DNA of 64,000 nt from Thalassobaculaceae bacterium (GTDB lineage: Bacteria; Pseudomonadota; Alphaproteobacteria; Thalassobaculales; Thalassobaculaceae): assembly GCA_965228875.1 (NCBI GenBank), contig OZ245843.1, forward strand, positions 4,632,616-4,696,615, read 5' to 3'. Positions 9,866 through 20,892 of the stretch are shown piece after piece. The notes beneath the pieces were generated by a model that saw only the letters and a list, made by a program, of their open reading frames with translations, made no database searches and was not told where the DNA came from. The first letter of the stretch is position 1. Each line of letters starts with the position of its first letter. A program made the translations under genes and the position numbers.

Positions 9866-9987
9866 CAGCCACTCTCACCCTATCGCTGTATCTGGCTGCC
9901 TATCGGATATCGCCATCGAAGTCGAGGTTTGCCACGGACCGCACTTCCACTACCCATCCCGTGCGTTTTCGGGCATAACCCCGCGCC

Positions 9988-11790
9988 ATGACGACCGATC
10001 TCTCACACATCCGCAACTTCGCGATCATCGCCCACATCGATCACGGCAAGTCGACCCTGGCCGACCGCCTGATCCAGATGTGCGGTGGGCTGACCGACCG
10101 CGAGATGAAGCAGCAGGTGCTCGACTCGATGGATATCGAGCGCGAGCGCGGCATCACCATCAAGGCGCAGACCGTCCGGCTGATCTACGACGCCAAGGAC
10201 GGCAGGCGCTACACGCTGAACCTGATCGACACGCCGGGCCATGTCGACTTCGCCTACGAGGTCAGCCGCTCGCTGGCCGCGTGCGAGGGTTCGATCCTGG
10301 TGGTCGACGCCGCCCAGGGCGTGGAGGCGCAGACGCTGGCCAACGTCTATCAGGCGATCGAGGTCAACCACGAGATCATCCCGGTGCTGAACAAGGTCGA
10401 CCTGCCGGCGGCCGAACCGGAGCGGGTGAAGCAGCAGATCGAGGACGTGATCGGTCTGGACGCGTCCAACGCCATCATGATCTCTGCCAAGACCGGGCTT
10501 GGCGTCGACGAACTGCTGGAAGCCATCATCGAGCGCCTGCCGGCGCCGGCGGGCGACCGCGAGGCGCCGCTGAAGGCGATGCTGGTCGACAGCTGGTACG
10601 ACACCTATCTCGGCGTCACCTGCCTGATGCGGGTGCATGACGGCGCGCTGAAGAAGGGCCAGAAGGTCAAGATGATGCAGACCGGGGCGACGCACCTGGT
10701 CGAACGGGTCGGCGTCCTGACGCCGAAGGGCTTGGCGGTCGACGAACTGGGCCCCGGCGAGGTCGGCTTCATCAACGCTTCGATCAAGACGGTGGCCGAC
10801 ACCAATGTCGGCGACACCATCACCGAGGAGCGGCGGCCGACCGACAAGCCGCTGGCGGGCTTCAAGCCCAGCGTGCCGGTGGTGTTCTGCGGAATGTATC
10901 CGGTCGATGCCGCCGATTTCGAGGATCTGCGCGACAGCCTTGAGAAGCTGCGGCTGAACGATTCCAGCTTCCAGTTCGAAGCCGAGACTTCGGCGGCGCT
11001 CGGTTTCGGCTTCCGCTGCGGCTTCCTCGGCCTGCTCCACCTGGAGATCGTGCAGGAGCGTCTGGAACGCGAGTTCGACCTCGACCTGATCACCACGGCG
11101 CCGAGCGTGATCTACAAGATCCACAGGACCGACGGTTCGATGATCGAGCTGCACAATCCGGCGGACATGCCGGATGTGATGAAGATCGACTACATCGAGG
11201 AGCCGTGGATCAAGGCGACCATCTTCGTGCCGGACGATTATCTCGGCCCGATCCTGGCGCTGTGCACCGAGCGGCGCGGCGAGCAGATCGAGCTGACCTA
11301 CGCCGGCAGCCGGGCGATGGTCGTCTACCGACTGCCGCTGAACGAGGTCGTGTTCGACTTCTACGACCGCCTGAAGTCGATCAGCCGAGGCTACGCCAGC
11401 TTCGACTACCAGATGGACACCTACTCCGAGAGCGACCTGGTGAAGCTGTCGATCATGGTCAACGGCGAGCCGGTGGACGCGCTGTCGATGATCGTCCACC
11501 GCTCCCAGGCCGACAGCCGCGGCCGTGCCATGTGCGCGCGTCTGAAGGACCTGATTCCGCGGCAGCTCTTCAAGATCGCCATCCAGGCGGCGATCGGCGG
11601 CAAGGTGATCGCGCGCGAGACGGTCAGCGCCCTGCGCAAGGACGTGACCGCGAAGTGCTACGGCGGCGACATCACGCGCAAGAAGAAGCTTCTGGAGAAG
11701 CAGAAGGAAGGCAAGAAGAAGATGCGGCAGTTCGGCCAGGTCGAGATCCCGCAATCCGCCTTCATCGCCGCCCTGAAGATGGACGCGTAG
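9988..11790 (+). CDS. lepA: Translation elongation factor 4 (LepA)
   Basis: '[21 protein letters not shown]', '[11 protein letters not shown]', 'DTPGHVDF', '[29 protein letters not shown]'. Confidence 0.99.
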   Translation: MTTDLSHIRNFAIIAHIDHGKSTLADRLIQMCGGLTDREMKQQVLDSMDIERERGITIKAQTVRLIYDAKDGRRYTLNLIDTPGHVDFAYEVSRSLAACEGSILVVDAAQGVEAQTLANVYQAIEVNHEIIPVLNKVDLPAAEPERVKQQIEDVIGLDASNAIMISAKTGLGVDELLEAIIERLPAPAGDREAPLKAMLVDSWYDTYLGVTCLMRVHDGALKKGQKVKMMQTGATHLVERVGVLTPKGLAVDELGPGEVGFINASIKTVADTNVGDTITEERRPTDKPLAGFKPSVPVVFCGMYPVDAADFEDLRDSLEKLRLNDSSFQFEAETSAALGFGFRCGFLGLLHLEIVQERLEREFDLDLITTAPSVIYKIHRTDGSMIELHNPADMPDVMKIDYIEEPWIKATIFVPDDYLGPILALCTERRGEQIELTYAGSRAMVVYRLPLNEVVFDFYDRLKSISRGYASFDYQMDTYSESDLVKLSIMVNGEPVDALSMIVHRSQADSRGRAMCARLKDLIPRQLFKIAIQAAIGGKVIARETVSALRKDVTAKCYGGDITRKKKLLEKQKEGKKKMRQFGQVEIPQSAFIAALKMDA

Positions 11791-11799
11791 GGCGGGCGG

Positions 11800-13551
11800 C
11801 TACCGCTTGCGGTGGCCGGTCCGCGAGACCGCGATCTGACGGCTGAGCAGGATCACCGGGAGCAGGCCGACCGCGACGATGGTCAGCGCCGGGGTCGAGG
11901 CCTGGGTCAGGCGTTCATCGGCGGCGAGATTGTGGGCCTGCACCGCCAGCGTGTCGAAGTTGAACGGCCGCAGGATCATCGTGGCCGGTAGTTCCTTCAT
12001 CACGTCGACGAAGACGATCAGGCCGGCGGTCAGCAGGCTGCCGCGCAGCATCGGCAGGTGCACCCGGCGCAGGGTGTCGCGCGGCGGATGGCCGAGCACC
12101 CGGGCCGCCTGATCCATGCTCGGGGTGATCTTGGTCAGTCCCGCCTCCGCCGTCTGCAGCGAGACCGCCATGAAGCGCACCAGGTAGGCGTAGACCAGGG
12201 CGACGATGGTGCCGGTGATCAGCAGGCCGGTTGAGATGCCGAACAGGCCGCGGGCGGCGTCGTCGACGGTCCGGTCGACCAGCGAGAACGGGATCAGGAT
12301 GCCGATGGCGATAACCGAGCCCGGCACAGCATACCCGAGAGCGGCCAGGCGGCTCAGCATGCGGGTCGCCCGATCCCCGGACAGGCGGTTCGCATAGGCC
12401 AGCACCAGCGACACCGCCACGGCCAGGATCGCGGTGATTGCGGCCAGGGTCACGCTGTTGGCGGTCAGCGTCAGGTAGCGCAGGCCGAACAGCTTGTGGC
12501 CCCCGGTCGCCGTCATCTGCACCAGCAGGGCCGCCGGCAGCACGAAGCCGACGATCACCGGCAGCGCGCAGGCGAGGGTCGCGCCGGCCGCCTTCGCGCC
12601 GGTCAGCCGAAATCCGGGCAGCGCGCGATGGGTGTTGGTCGTGTGGTCGAAGCGCCGCCGGCCGCGCGATACCCGCTCCAGCGCGAGGACGAGAATGACG
12701 AATGCCAGCAGGCCGGTGGCAAGCTGCGCCGCGGCCACCCGGTCGCCGAACGAGAAGATCGCCCGGTAGATCCCGGTGGTGAAGGTCTGAACGCCGAAAT
12801 AGGACACGGTGCCGTAGTCGGCCAGCGTCTCCATCAGCGCCAGCGCCACCCCGGCGACGATCGCCGGGCGGGCCAGCGGCAGGGCGACGCGCAGGAAAGC
12901 GCGGATCGGCGAGTGGCCGAGGGTGCGGCTGACCTCGAGCACGCAGACAGACTGCTCGAGAAAGGCGGCGCGGGAGAGCAGGTAGACATAGGGGAACAGG
13001 GTCGCAGACAGCATCACGACGGCGCCGCCGAGCGAGCGGACCTGCGGAAACCAGTAGTCGCGCGGCCCGAGCTCGAACGTCTGGCGCAGCAGCTCCTGGA
13101 CCGGCCCCGCGTGCTCCAGGAAGTTGGTGTAGGTGTAGGCCAGCACGTAGGCCGGGGCGGCCAGCGGCAGGATCAGGGCCCATTCCAGGATCCGGCGGCC
13201 GGGAAACCGGCACATGGTCACCAGCCACGCGGTGCCGACGCCGACGACCGCGGTGCCGATGGTGACGCCAAGCGCCAGCAGGGCCGTGTTCACCACGTAG
13301 TCGGCCAGAACGGTGTTGGCCAGGTGGACGATCAGGTCGCTCTCGGCGAAGCCGTTCAGCACCACCGCCAGGATCGGCGTCGCCACCAGGGCGCAGATCA
13401 TCGCGGGGGCGAGGAAGAAGCGGTCGCGGAAGGGCATGCGGCTCCAGTGGCGCGTGAACCGGCCCGTTCCGGGCTGGCCATCGGTCCCGGCGAACGCGGC
13501 TTCCTGCGAGGCGTTCGCAACAGACTGATCCGCCTTATGGCAACCGGCCAT
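11800..13551 (-). CDS. fbpB: Fe3+ ABC transporter permease (FbpB/SfuB family)
   Basis: Two permease repeats with 'LPLAAPAYVLAY', 'METLADYGTV.YFGVQTFTTGIY', 'DVMKELPATMILRPFNFDTLA'. Start could be 13551 or 13437. Confidence 0.88.
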   Translation of the reverse strand: MAGCHKADQSVANASQEAAFAGTDGQPGTGRFTRHWSRMPFRDRFFLAPAMICALVATPILAVVLNGFAESDLIVHLANTVLADYVVNTALLALGVTIGTAVVGVGTAWLVTMCRFPGRRILEWALILPLAAPAYVLAYTYTNFLEHAGPVQELLRQTFELGPRDYWFPQVRSLGGAVVMLSATLFPYVYLLSRAAFLEQSVCVLEVSRTLGHSPIRAFLRVALPLARPAIVAGVALALMETLADYGTVSYFGVQTFTTGIYRAIFSFGDRVAAAQLATGLLAFVILVLALERVSRGRRRFDHTTNTHRALPGFRLTGAKAAGATLACALPVIVGFVLPAALLVQMTATGGHKLFGLRYLTLTANSVTLAAITAILAVAVSLVLAYANRLSGDRATRMLSRLAALGYAVPGSVIAIGILIPFSLVDRTVDDAARGLFGISTGLLITGTIVALVYAYLVRFMAVSLQTAEAGLTKITPSMDQAARVLGHPPRDTLRRVHLPMLRGSLLTAGLIVFVDVMKELPATMILRPFNFDTLAVQAHNLAADERLTQASTPALTIVAVGLLPVILLSRQIAVSRTGHRKR

Positions 13552-13619
13552 GAAAGTGTCAACTTCTCGCGCCAGCCGACAGCGCGTAGGCTCGGTTTTT
13601 AACCAGTGGGAGTCTGTAC

Positions 13620-14948
13620 ATGGCATCGGACGGGGTCGGCGACGGCGGGATCTTTGCGGACGGGTTCAAGACCGAGCCGTACTGGTGGGAGGCGGCCCCA
13701 CCGGATGACGAGGGCGATGCCCCGCCGCCGGAACAGGTCGACGTCGCCGTGATCGGCAGCGGCTATACCGGCATGTCCGCGGCGCTCGAACTGGCGCGCA
13801 GCGGCGTCGACGTGGTGATCCTGGAGGCCGAACGGTTCGGCGAGGGCGCCAGCACCCGCAGCGGGGGCATGGTCTCCGGCGGTGTCAACGTCGGCAAGGG
13901 CGGCGACATCGAACGGCTGTACGGCCGCTCGCGGGTCGACGACATGCTGGCCGAGGCACGGGACAGCTACGACCATCTTGAGCGCGTGATCGAGCGCGAG
14001 GGCATCGACTGTTTCTACGCCCGCACGGGCCGCTTCGTCGGCGCCCACACGCCGGCGGCCTTCGGCGCCATGGCAGCGCGGGTCGAGGACCTGAACGCAC
14101 ACGCCGATGCCGGGGCGGCGCTGGTTCCGCGAAACCGGCAGGCCGATCACGTGAACACCTCCTACTACCACGGCGGCATGACCATCGACCGGTCCGGCGG
14201 CGTGCATCCCGCGCTGTACCACAAGGGCCTGCGGGCGGCCTGCCGCAAGGCCGGGGTCAAGCTGTCGGCGCACACCCGGGTCGAAGGCATCGACGGCACC
14301 GCCGGCGATCTCACCGTCCGCACCTCGCGGGGGCCGGTCCGGGCCAGGGAGGTCGTGCTCGGCACCAACGGCTATACCGGCAAGGCCACGCCCTGGCACC
14401 GCCGCCGCGTCGTGCCGGTCGCGAGCTACATCATCGCCACCGAGCCGCTCGGCGAGGAGCGGGTGCGGGAGCTGTTTCCGGACCGGCGGATGATCGCCGA
14501 CACCAAGCGGGTGCTCTACTACTTCCGACCTTCGCCCGACGGCACGCGGGTGATCTTCGGTGGCCGCGCCAGTTTCCGCTCGCGCACCGCGCTGGAGACG
14601 GCACCGGTCCTGCACCGCTACATGCTCGGCATCTTTCCGCAGCTCTCCGGGGTCAAGATCTCCCACGCCTGGACCGGCAACGTCGCCTTCACCTTCGACC
14701 GGGTCCCGCACATGGGCGACGACAACGGCGTGCACTATGCCATGGGCTGCAATGGCAGCGGTGTGGTGATGATGAGCCATCTCGGCCACCGGGTGGCGCT
14801 GAAGATCCTGGGCAAGACCAACCGGGCGAGCGCGTTCGACGGCCTGCCCTTCGAGACCCGGCCGTTCTACACCGGCGTGCCCTGGTTCCTGCCGACGGTC
14901 GGGGCCTGGTACAAGTTCCGCGACTGGGTCGACCGGCTGGCCGCGTGA
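13620..14948 (+). CDS. FAD-dependent oxidoreductase (DAO/PuuB-OrdL-like)
   Basis: 'DVAVIGSGYTGMSAA', 'GASTRSGG', 'YAMGCNGSGV'. Confidence 0.88.
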   Translation: MASDGVGDGGIFADGFKTEPYWWEAAPPDDEGDAPPPEQVDVAVIGSGYTGMSAALELARSGVDVVILEAERFGEGASTRSGGMVSGGVNVGKGGDIERLYGRSRVDDMLAEARDSYDHLERVIEREGIDCFYARTGRFVGAHTPAAFGAMAARVEDLNAHADAGAALVPRNRQADHVNTSYYHGGMTIDRSGGVHPALYHKGLRAACRKAGVKLSAHTRVEGIDGTAGDLTVRTSRGPVRAREVVLGTNGYTGKATPWHRRRVVPVASYIIATEPLGEERVRELFPDRRMIADTKRVLYYFRPSPDGTRVIFGGRASFRSRTALETAPVLHRYMLGIFPQLSGVKISHAWTGNVAFTFDRVPHMGDDNGVHYAMGCNGSGVVMMSHLGHRVALKILGKTNRASAFDGLPFETRPFYTGVPWFLPTVGAWYKFRDWVDRLAA

Positions 14949-14980
14949 CCGGCCGATGCCGTCTCCCGGTCGCGGGACGA

Positions 14981-15022
14981 TCTGCGGTTCAGGTCGATGA
15001 GGCCTGAACCGATCCTGCTCTA
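14981..15022. repeat. TAGAG-type palindromic element, copy B (single lobe)
   Basis: Minus strand reads TAGAGCAGGAT-CGGTTCAGG-CCTCATCGA-CCTGAACCG; similar to 62025-62071. Confidence 0.6.
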
Positions 15023-15694
15023 TCCGCCGATGTCGCGGGTCTCCGGCGCGCCGGGGTCGAACGGGTTGACCAGGGTGCGCTGGCGTTTCTGGTCGCCGCG
15101 GTAGAGCTCGTCGCGTTTGTCGGACAGCTTCTTCGCCAGGAACTGCAGGTCGCCCGGCAGCATCTCGAACTCGCGGTTCAGCATCTCCTGCCAGAGATCG
15201 TGGATCTTGCGGATCGACTCGCCGCCGGGTTCGAGCCGGGCGATCTGCGCCTCGACCTCGGAGATCCAGTCGAGCGCGTCCTGGCGGGCCAGCTTGGCGT
15301 CGCTGACCAGGGCCTTGAGCCGTGTCGCGACCCGGTCCGCGACCTCATCCTCGAAGGTCGAGCACTGCGGCCAGAGCTGACGCAGATAGGCGAAGTCGTT
15401 GTCGGTCAGGGCATGGAGCGGCTTGCCGAAATAGGTCATCTCCAGGTTGCGCACCGACATGCCGCCCTCCAGACGGGCGATCCGCTGGATCGGGGCGTTG
15501 CCGCCGGGCAGCTTCTCGCAGTCGGAGTTACGCACGTCGTCCGGGTCGAGGTCCGGCGCCTGCTGGGCGGCTGCCGGCGGGGACGACGCCATCGCCGAGA
15601 CGAAAAGAACCGCCGCGGCGGTCCGTCGAAGGCTGGACAACCGGAATCCGACCGCCATACCGTAGTCACTCCTTTCGGTTCCGCCCGCCGTCAT
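15020..15694 (-). CDS. Hypothetical exported protein
   Basis: Signal-peptide-like 'RRTAAAVLFVSAMASSPPAAAQQ', two Cys in the mature part, host-like codon usage. True start may be downstream. Confidence 0.7.
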   Translation of the reverse strand: MTAGGTERSDYGMAVGFRLSSLRRTAAAVLFVSAMASSPPAAAQQAPDLDPDDVRNSDCEKLPGGNAPIQRIARLEGGMSVRNLEMTYFGKPLHALTDNDFAYLRQLWPQCSTFEDEVADRVATRLKALVSDAKLARQDALDWISEVEAQIARLEPGGESIRKIHDLWQEMLNREFEMLPGDLQFLAKKLSDKRDELYRGDQKRQRTLVNPFDPGAPETRDIGG

Positions 15695-15768
15695 AGCATG
15701 TGCGGATCGTCGCTTCGACGATCAAGCAGTCAGCGACGGCCGGCCCCGCAAACAATCAGGAGGGCGGC

Positions 15769-17340
15769 ATGCCCGCGATCACGCTTCCCGCGACCTCGCC
15801 GATCGAGACATGGACCCAGTCCAAGCCGCCCGAGCGCGGCGACAGGGGGGTCGTGGCGTCGCAGAATGTCGAAGCCTCGGAGGTCGGCGCGGCGGTGCTG
15901 GCGGCCGGCGGAAACGCCGCCGACGCGGCGGTGGCGACGGCGCTGGCCCTGACCGTGGCGGAACCGTGGATGAGCGGGCTCGGCGGCGGCGGGTACGCCA
16001 TCGTGCACGACGCGAAGAGCGGGACCACGCGCTGCGTCGATTTCGGCATGATCGCGAGCAGGGGGCTCGATCCGGCGGACTACCCGATCGACACCGACCG
16101 GGTGGCGCCGCCCGATCTGTTCGGCTGGCCGGCCGTGGTCGAGGACCGCAACCTTCAGGGCTTCCACTCAATCGCCGTTCCCGGCTCCTGCGCCGGTTAT
16201 GCTAAGCTGCTCTCGGAGTTCGGCTCCTGGTCGTGGGCCGACGCGATCTCGCCGGCGGTGACCCTGGCCGAGCGGGGCCACCGCATGACCTGGTGGACGA
16301 CACTGAACGTCGCCTCCGAGATCGCCTGGCTGCGGAAGTACGAGGGCTCGCGCGCCGTCTGGCTGCCGACCGGCGAGGTGCCGGTGATTTCCGACCACGT
16401 CATCCGTCACCTCGACATGGGCGCCTTCGCCGGCACCCTGAGGCGGCTGCGCGACGCCGGGCCGGAGGATTTCTACACCGGCGAGACCGCGAAGGCCCTG
16501 GTCGCCGACCTGCAGGCCGGCGGCTCGAAGATCAGCCTTGAGGATCTGGCCGCCTACGAGGCGATCGTGCTCGATCCCATCACCCGGACCCGCGGCGCCA
16601 ACCAGCTTCACCTGGCGCCGGGCTACACCGCCGGCCCGACCTTCGCCGGCTCGCTGTCGCGCCTGCCTGAGTTCTCCGGGCCGATCGACGCCGCCGCTTA
16701 CAAGGCTCATGCCGAGGCGATGATCGAAGCCTACAAGGTCCGGCTGGCGACCATGGGACATGCCGGCGATGTCGGCGACCGCAGCTGCACCACCCACCTC
16801 TCGGTGCTGGACGCCGAGGGCAATATGGTCGTGATGACCACCACGCTGCTGTCGCGCTTCGGCTCGCGGGTGGTTCTGCCGGAAACCGGCGTTCTGATGA
16901 ACAACGGCATCAACTGGTTCGACCCGCGCCCGGACCGGGCGAACTCTCTGGCGGCAGGGCAGAAGCCGCTGTCCAACATGTGCCCGATGATCGCCACCCG
17001 CGACGGCAAGGCCGCGTTCGGCCTGGGCGCGTCCGGCGGGCGCAAGATCATGCCGGCGATCTTCCAGCTTGCCTCCTTCATCGGCGATTTCGGCATGGAC
17101 CTGGCGGCGGCCTTCGAGCAGCCGCGTATCGATATCGCCCTGGTGGAGAAGATCGTCGCGGACCAGCGCGTCGGCGAGGAAGTCGTGGCCGCGCTGCAGA
17201 CGGTGGCTCCGGTCGAAACCGCCAGCCCGAGCGCCTTCCCCGGCTCCTGGGCGATCCCGTGCGGCGTGATGGCGACGCCCGAGGGACCGATGGGGGCGGC
17301 TCATATCTTCGGGCCGCTCAACGCGGCGGTGGGGGCGTAG
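15769..17340 (+). CDS. ggt: Gamma-glutamyltransferase family protein
   Basis: 'GGNAADAAVA..EPWMSGLGGGG', nucleophile 'CTTHLSVLDAEGN', 'PLSNMCP', 'GASGGRKI'; AGGAGG RBS before 15769. Confidence 0.9.
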   Translation: MPAITLPATSPIETWTQSKPPERGDRGVVASQNVEASEVGAAVLAAGGNAADAAVATALALTVAEPWMSGLGGGGYAIVHDAKSGTTRCVDFGMIASRGLDPADYPIDTDRVAPPDLFGWPAVVEDRNLQGFHSIAVPGSCAGYAKLLSEFGSWSWADAISPAVTLAERGHRMTWWTTLNVASEIAWLRKYEGSRAVWLPTGEVPVISDHVIRHLDMGAFAGTLRRLRDAGPEDFYTGETAKALVADLQAGGSKISLEDLAAYEAIVLDPITRTRGANQLHLAPGYTAGPTFAGSLSRLPEFSGPIDAAAYKAHAEAMIEAYKVRLATMGHAGDVGDRSCTTHLSVLDAEGNMVVMTTTLLSRFGSRVVLPETGVLMNNGINWFDPRPDRANSLAAGQKPLSNMCPMIATRDGKAAFGLGASGGRKIMPAIFQLASFIGDFGMDLAAAFEQPRIDIALVEKIVADQRVGEEVVAALQTVAPVETASPSAFPGSWAIPCGVMATPEGPMGAAHIFGPLNAAVGA

Positions 17341-17351
17341 ACGCGACGTCG

Positions 17352-17402
17352 GGCGACCGGGGGCAGGCAACCGGGGGGCAGGCGACCGGGGGTCAGGCGA
17401 CC
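17352..17402. repeat. Short tandem repeat (about 15 nt x 3.5) between convergent genes
   Basis: GGCGACCGGGGGCA / GGCAACCGGGGGGCA / GGCGACCGGGGGTCA / GGCGACC. Confidence 0.75.
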
Positions 17403-18817
17403 TCGCGGAACGCGCCGCCGAAGCTCTCGGTGGTGTAGCGGTGCACGGTCAGGCTGGGCGACCAGTGGGTCATGTCCAGCCCGGCCTTGTTCTTCAGGCG
17501 GCGCACGAACTCCTCCGCCTTGGGGATGCCGGACCACACGCTCGGCAGGAAGATGCCGCGGTGGTCGCGGCCGTCGACCCGGTCGCCCATGATGAGGCCG
17601 TCGATGTCGGGACGGGTCTGTCGCACCAGGTCCGCCTCGTCGGCGAAGCGCATGGCGCGCGGCGTCGACAGCACCGAGACCGAGACCTCCATCCGCTCCG
17701 CCTCCTCGGCGGTGAGCCGGGCGAAGCGCCGGTCGGCGAAGGCCGCCTTGAACGCGTTGTCGGCGACGTCGGCGATCAGCGGCCGGTGGGCGATGACCGA
17801 ACCGATGCAGCCGCGCAACCGGCCGTCCAGCATCAGGGTGACGAAGGCCGCGCGATGGGCCGACAGGGCCGGCGACAGGCCGTCGCCGATGCCGACGTTG
17901 GGCGCGCGGCCGTGCTGCAGTCCGAAGGTCACCCCGAAACGCGCCGCTTCCACCAGCCGGCGGCGGTCGGCCTCGCCGATCCGGGCGGACTCGGCGTATT
18001 CCAGACCGAAGGCGCCGTAGCCGACGACCCGGTCCTTGCCGCTTGCCGTGTCGCCGGAATTGCGCACGTCCAGCGCCGTCGCCCGCAGGTCGCGTCGGCG
18101 CGCCTGGTCGAGCACGCCGGCCAGCGCCCGGTGACCGCAGGCGCCGTTGCCGTCGATCCGGTCCGGGCGCAGCAGCTCGATATGCGCCGCCGTGGCGCCG
18201 TCCAGCTTCCGGGCGGTGTCGTAGTCGTGGAAATGCGACAGGTCGGAGGAGACGACGATCAGCGTCTCCGGCCCGCCCCATAGGGTCTCGACCACCTGGC
18301 TGACCAGCGCCTGGGGCGCGTCGCCGACCAGCAGCGGGACGATCCGCGCGCCCTCGAACACCCGCTGGATGAACGGGACGTGGACCTCCAGGCTATGCTC
18401 CTGGGCGAAGGCGGCGTCCTGGATGGCCACGCCGGGGATGTGCAGGACCGCGCGGAGGGCGTCCCAGTCGACCTCCACGGTGCCGAGCGGCGTCGCCCAG
18501 GCATCGGTGCTGGTGGTGGCGATCCCCTTGAAGCCGACCCGGTGGGCCGGGCCGAGCAGGACGATGCGGGTGATTTTGTCCGCCTTCGCCCGCAGACCGG
18601 CATAGGCGGTGCCGGCGATCTCTCCGGAGAAGCGGTAGCCCGCATGGGGTGCGACCAGCACTTTCGGCTTCACCCCGCCATCGGGCCGGGCCGCGGCGAG
18701 GCAGCGTTCCACCAGGTCGGCAAGCTCGTTGTCGCCGCCCGGATAGAACGTGCCGGCGACCTCGGGGGCGCGGATGGTCTTTGCAGGCGCGGTGCTGCTG
18801 AAACCCGATGCTGACAT
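17393..18817 (-). CDS. amrB: AmmeMemoRadiSam protein B (MEMO1-like) fused to protein A (AMMECR1)
   Basis: 'RAPEVAGTFYP', 'PHAGYRFSG', 'EHSLEVH', 'SSDLSHF' are MEMO motifs; 'AAFVTL..GRLRGCIGS', 'DRRF', 'GIFLPSVW', 'LKNKAGL' are AMMECR1 motifs. Confidence 0.92.
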   Translation of the reverse strand: MSASGFSSTAPAKTIRAPEVAGTFYPGGDNELADLVERCLAAARPDGGVKPKVLVAPHAGYRFSGEIAGTAYAGLRAKADKITRIVLLGPAHRVGFKGIATTSTDAWATPLGTVEVDWDALRAVLHIPGVAIQDAAFAQEHSLEVHVPFIQRVFEGARIVPLLVGDAPQALVSQVVETLWGGPETLIVVSSDLSHFHDYDTARKLDGATAAHIELLRPDRIDGNGACGHRALAGVLDQARRRDLRATALDVRNSGDTASGKDRVVGYGAFGLEYAESARIGEADRRRLVEAARFGVTFGLQHGRAPNVGIGDGLSPALSAHRAAFVTLMLDGRLRGCIGSVIAHRPLIADVADNAFKAAFADRRFARLTAEEAERMEVSVSVLSTPRAMRFADEADLVRQTRPDIDGLIMGDRVDGRDHRGIFLPSVWSGIPKAEEFVRRLKNKAGLDMTHWSPSLTVHRYTTESFGGAFREVA

Positions 18818-18874
18818 GACGATCCGTGAGTAACATATGCATTCTGACCGTTCCACCGCCGGAGCTCTTCAGCA

Positions 18875-19999
18875 GTGGCCGAGACTCCCACCCTCGCAGA
18901 GACGCGTCCGCCGGAGGTCGCCGGCAAGGGGCCGATCGTGCCGACCAGGCACTGGCGCATGCTCGAGGACGGCCGGGTCCAGTGCGAGATGTGCCCGCGC
19001 TTCTGCAAGCTGAAGGAGGGCGCGCGCGGGCTGTGCTTCGTGCGGGCGCGGCAGGACGACGCCATCGTGCTGACCACCTACGGCCGCTCCAGCGGGTTCT
19101 GCATCGATCCGATCGAGAAGAAGCCGCTGAACCATTTCCTGCCGGGCACGCCGGTGCTGTCCTTCGGCACGGCGGGCTGCAACCTCGCCTGCAATTTCTG
19201 CCAGAACCACGACATCTCGAAGAGCCGCGAGATGGACGCCATGCAGGCCGAGGCCAAGCCCGAGGCGCTGGCGGCGACGGCGGCGCGCTACGGCTGCCGC
19301 TCGGTCGCCTTCACCTATAACGACCCGGTGATCTTCCACGAATACGCCGACGACGTGGCCCAGGCCTGCCACGAGCGCGGGATCAAGAACGTGGCGGTGA
19401 CCGCCGGCTACGTGACCGGCCGGGCGCGGGAGGATTTCTTCCGCCATGTCGACGCCGCCAATGTCGACCTCAAGGCCTTCACCGAGCGGTTCTACCGCGA
19501 CGTCACCAAGAGCGAACTCGCCATCGTGCTGGAGACCCTGCAGTACCTGGTGCAGGAGACCGACGTCTGGGTCGAGATCACCAATCTCGTGATTCCCGGC
19601 GAGAACGATTCGGAGCGCGAGATCGACGAGATGACTGGCTGGGTGGTGGAAAACCTCGGCCCCGACGTGCCGATGCACTTCTCCGCCTTCCACCCCGACT
19701 ACCGCATGCTGGACAAGACCCGAACGCCGATCGAGACCCTGGCCATGGCCCGGCGCATCGCCCGCAGGAACGGGGTACGCTACGCCTATACCGGCAACGT
19801 CCACGATATCGGCCGGCAGTCGACCTACTGCCATGTCTGCGGCGAGCGGGTGGTGGAGCGCGACTGGTACGAACTCGGCGCCTGGAAGCTCGACGCCACC
19901 GGCCACTGCCTCTCCTGCGGCACGCGACTGCCCGGCGTGTTCGACGGCCCGTCCGGCGTGTGGGGCCGCAAGCGGCTGCCGGTCTCGATCACCGGATAG
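18875..19999 (+). CDS. amrS: AmmeMemoRadiSam radical SAM enzyme
   Basis: 'CEMCPRFC', 'DPIEKKPLNHFLPG', radical SAM motif 'GCNLACNFCQN', 'AFTYNDP'. Confidence 0.95.
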   Translation: MAETPTLAETRPPEVAGKGPIVPTRHWRMLEDGRVQCEMCPRFCKLKEGARGLCFVRARQDDAIVLTTYGRSSGFCIDPIEKKPLNHFLPGTPVLSFGTAGCNLACNFCQNHDISKSREMDAMQAEAKPEALAATAARYGCRSVAFTYNDPVIFHEYADDVAQACHERGIKNVAVTAGYVTGRAREDFFRHVDAANVDLKAFTERFYRDVTKSELAIVLETLQYLVQETDVWVEITNLVIPGENDSEREIDEMTGWVVENLGPDVPMHFSAFHPDYRMLDKTRTPIETLAMARRIARRNGVRYAYTGNVHDIGRQSTYCHVCGERVVERDWYELGAWKLDATGHCLSCGTRLPGVFDGPSGVWGRKRLPVSITG

Positions 20000-20144
20000 G
20001 GCGTGCGGCCGCCGGCATTGTCGCCGGACCGACACGACGGGTCGCGGCGATGGCAGCGGTCGTCGCGATTCGCGTGTGATGTGGCGCCATGTCATCGGGT
20101 TCGCCCGTGACCCCGTCCACCTTGCATCGTGGAGGCAGCCGGCC

Positions 20145-20861
<717 letters not shown>

Positions 20862-20892
20862 GGACGGGCGCCTGACCGCACGGGGGTACGCC

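Noticed and set aside
20000..20144. Cobalamin riboswitch before the corrinoid gene
   Set aside because: The region is short and no B12-box-like conserved segments were recognised.
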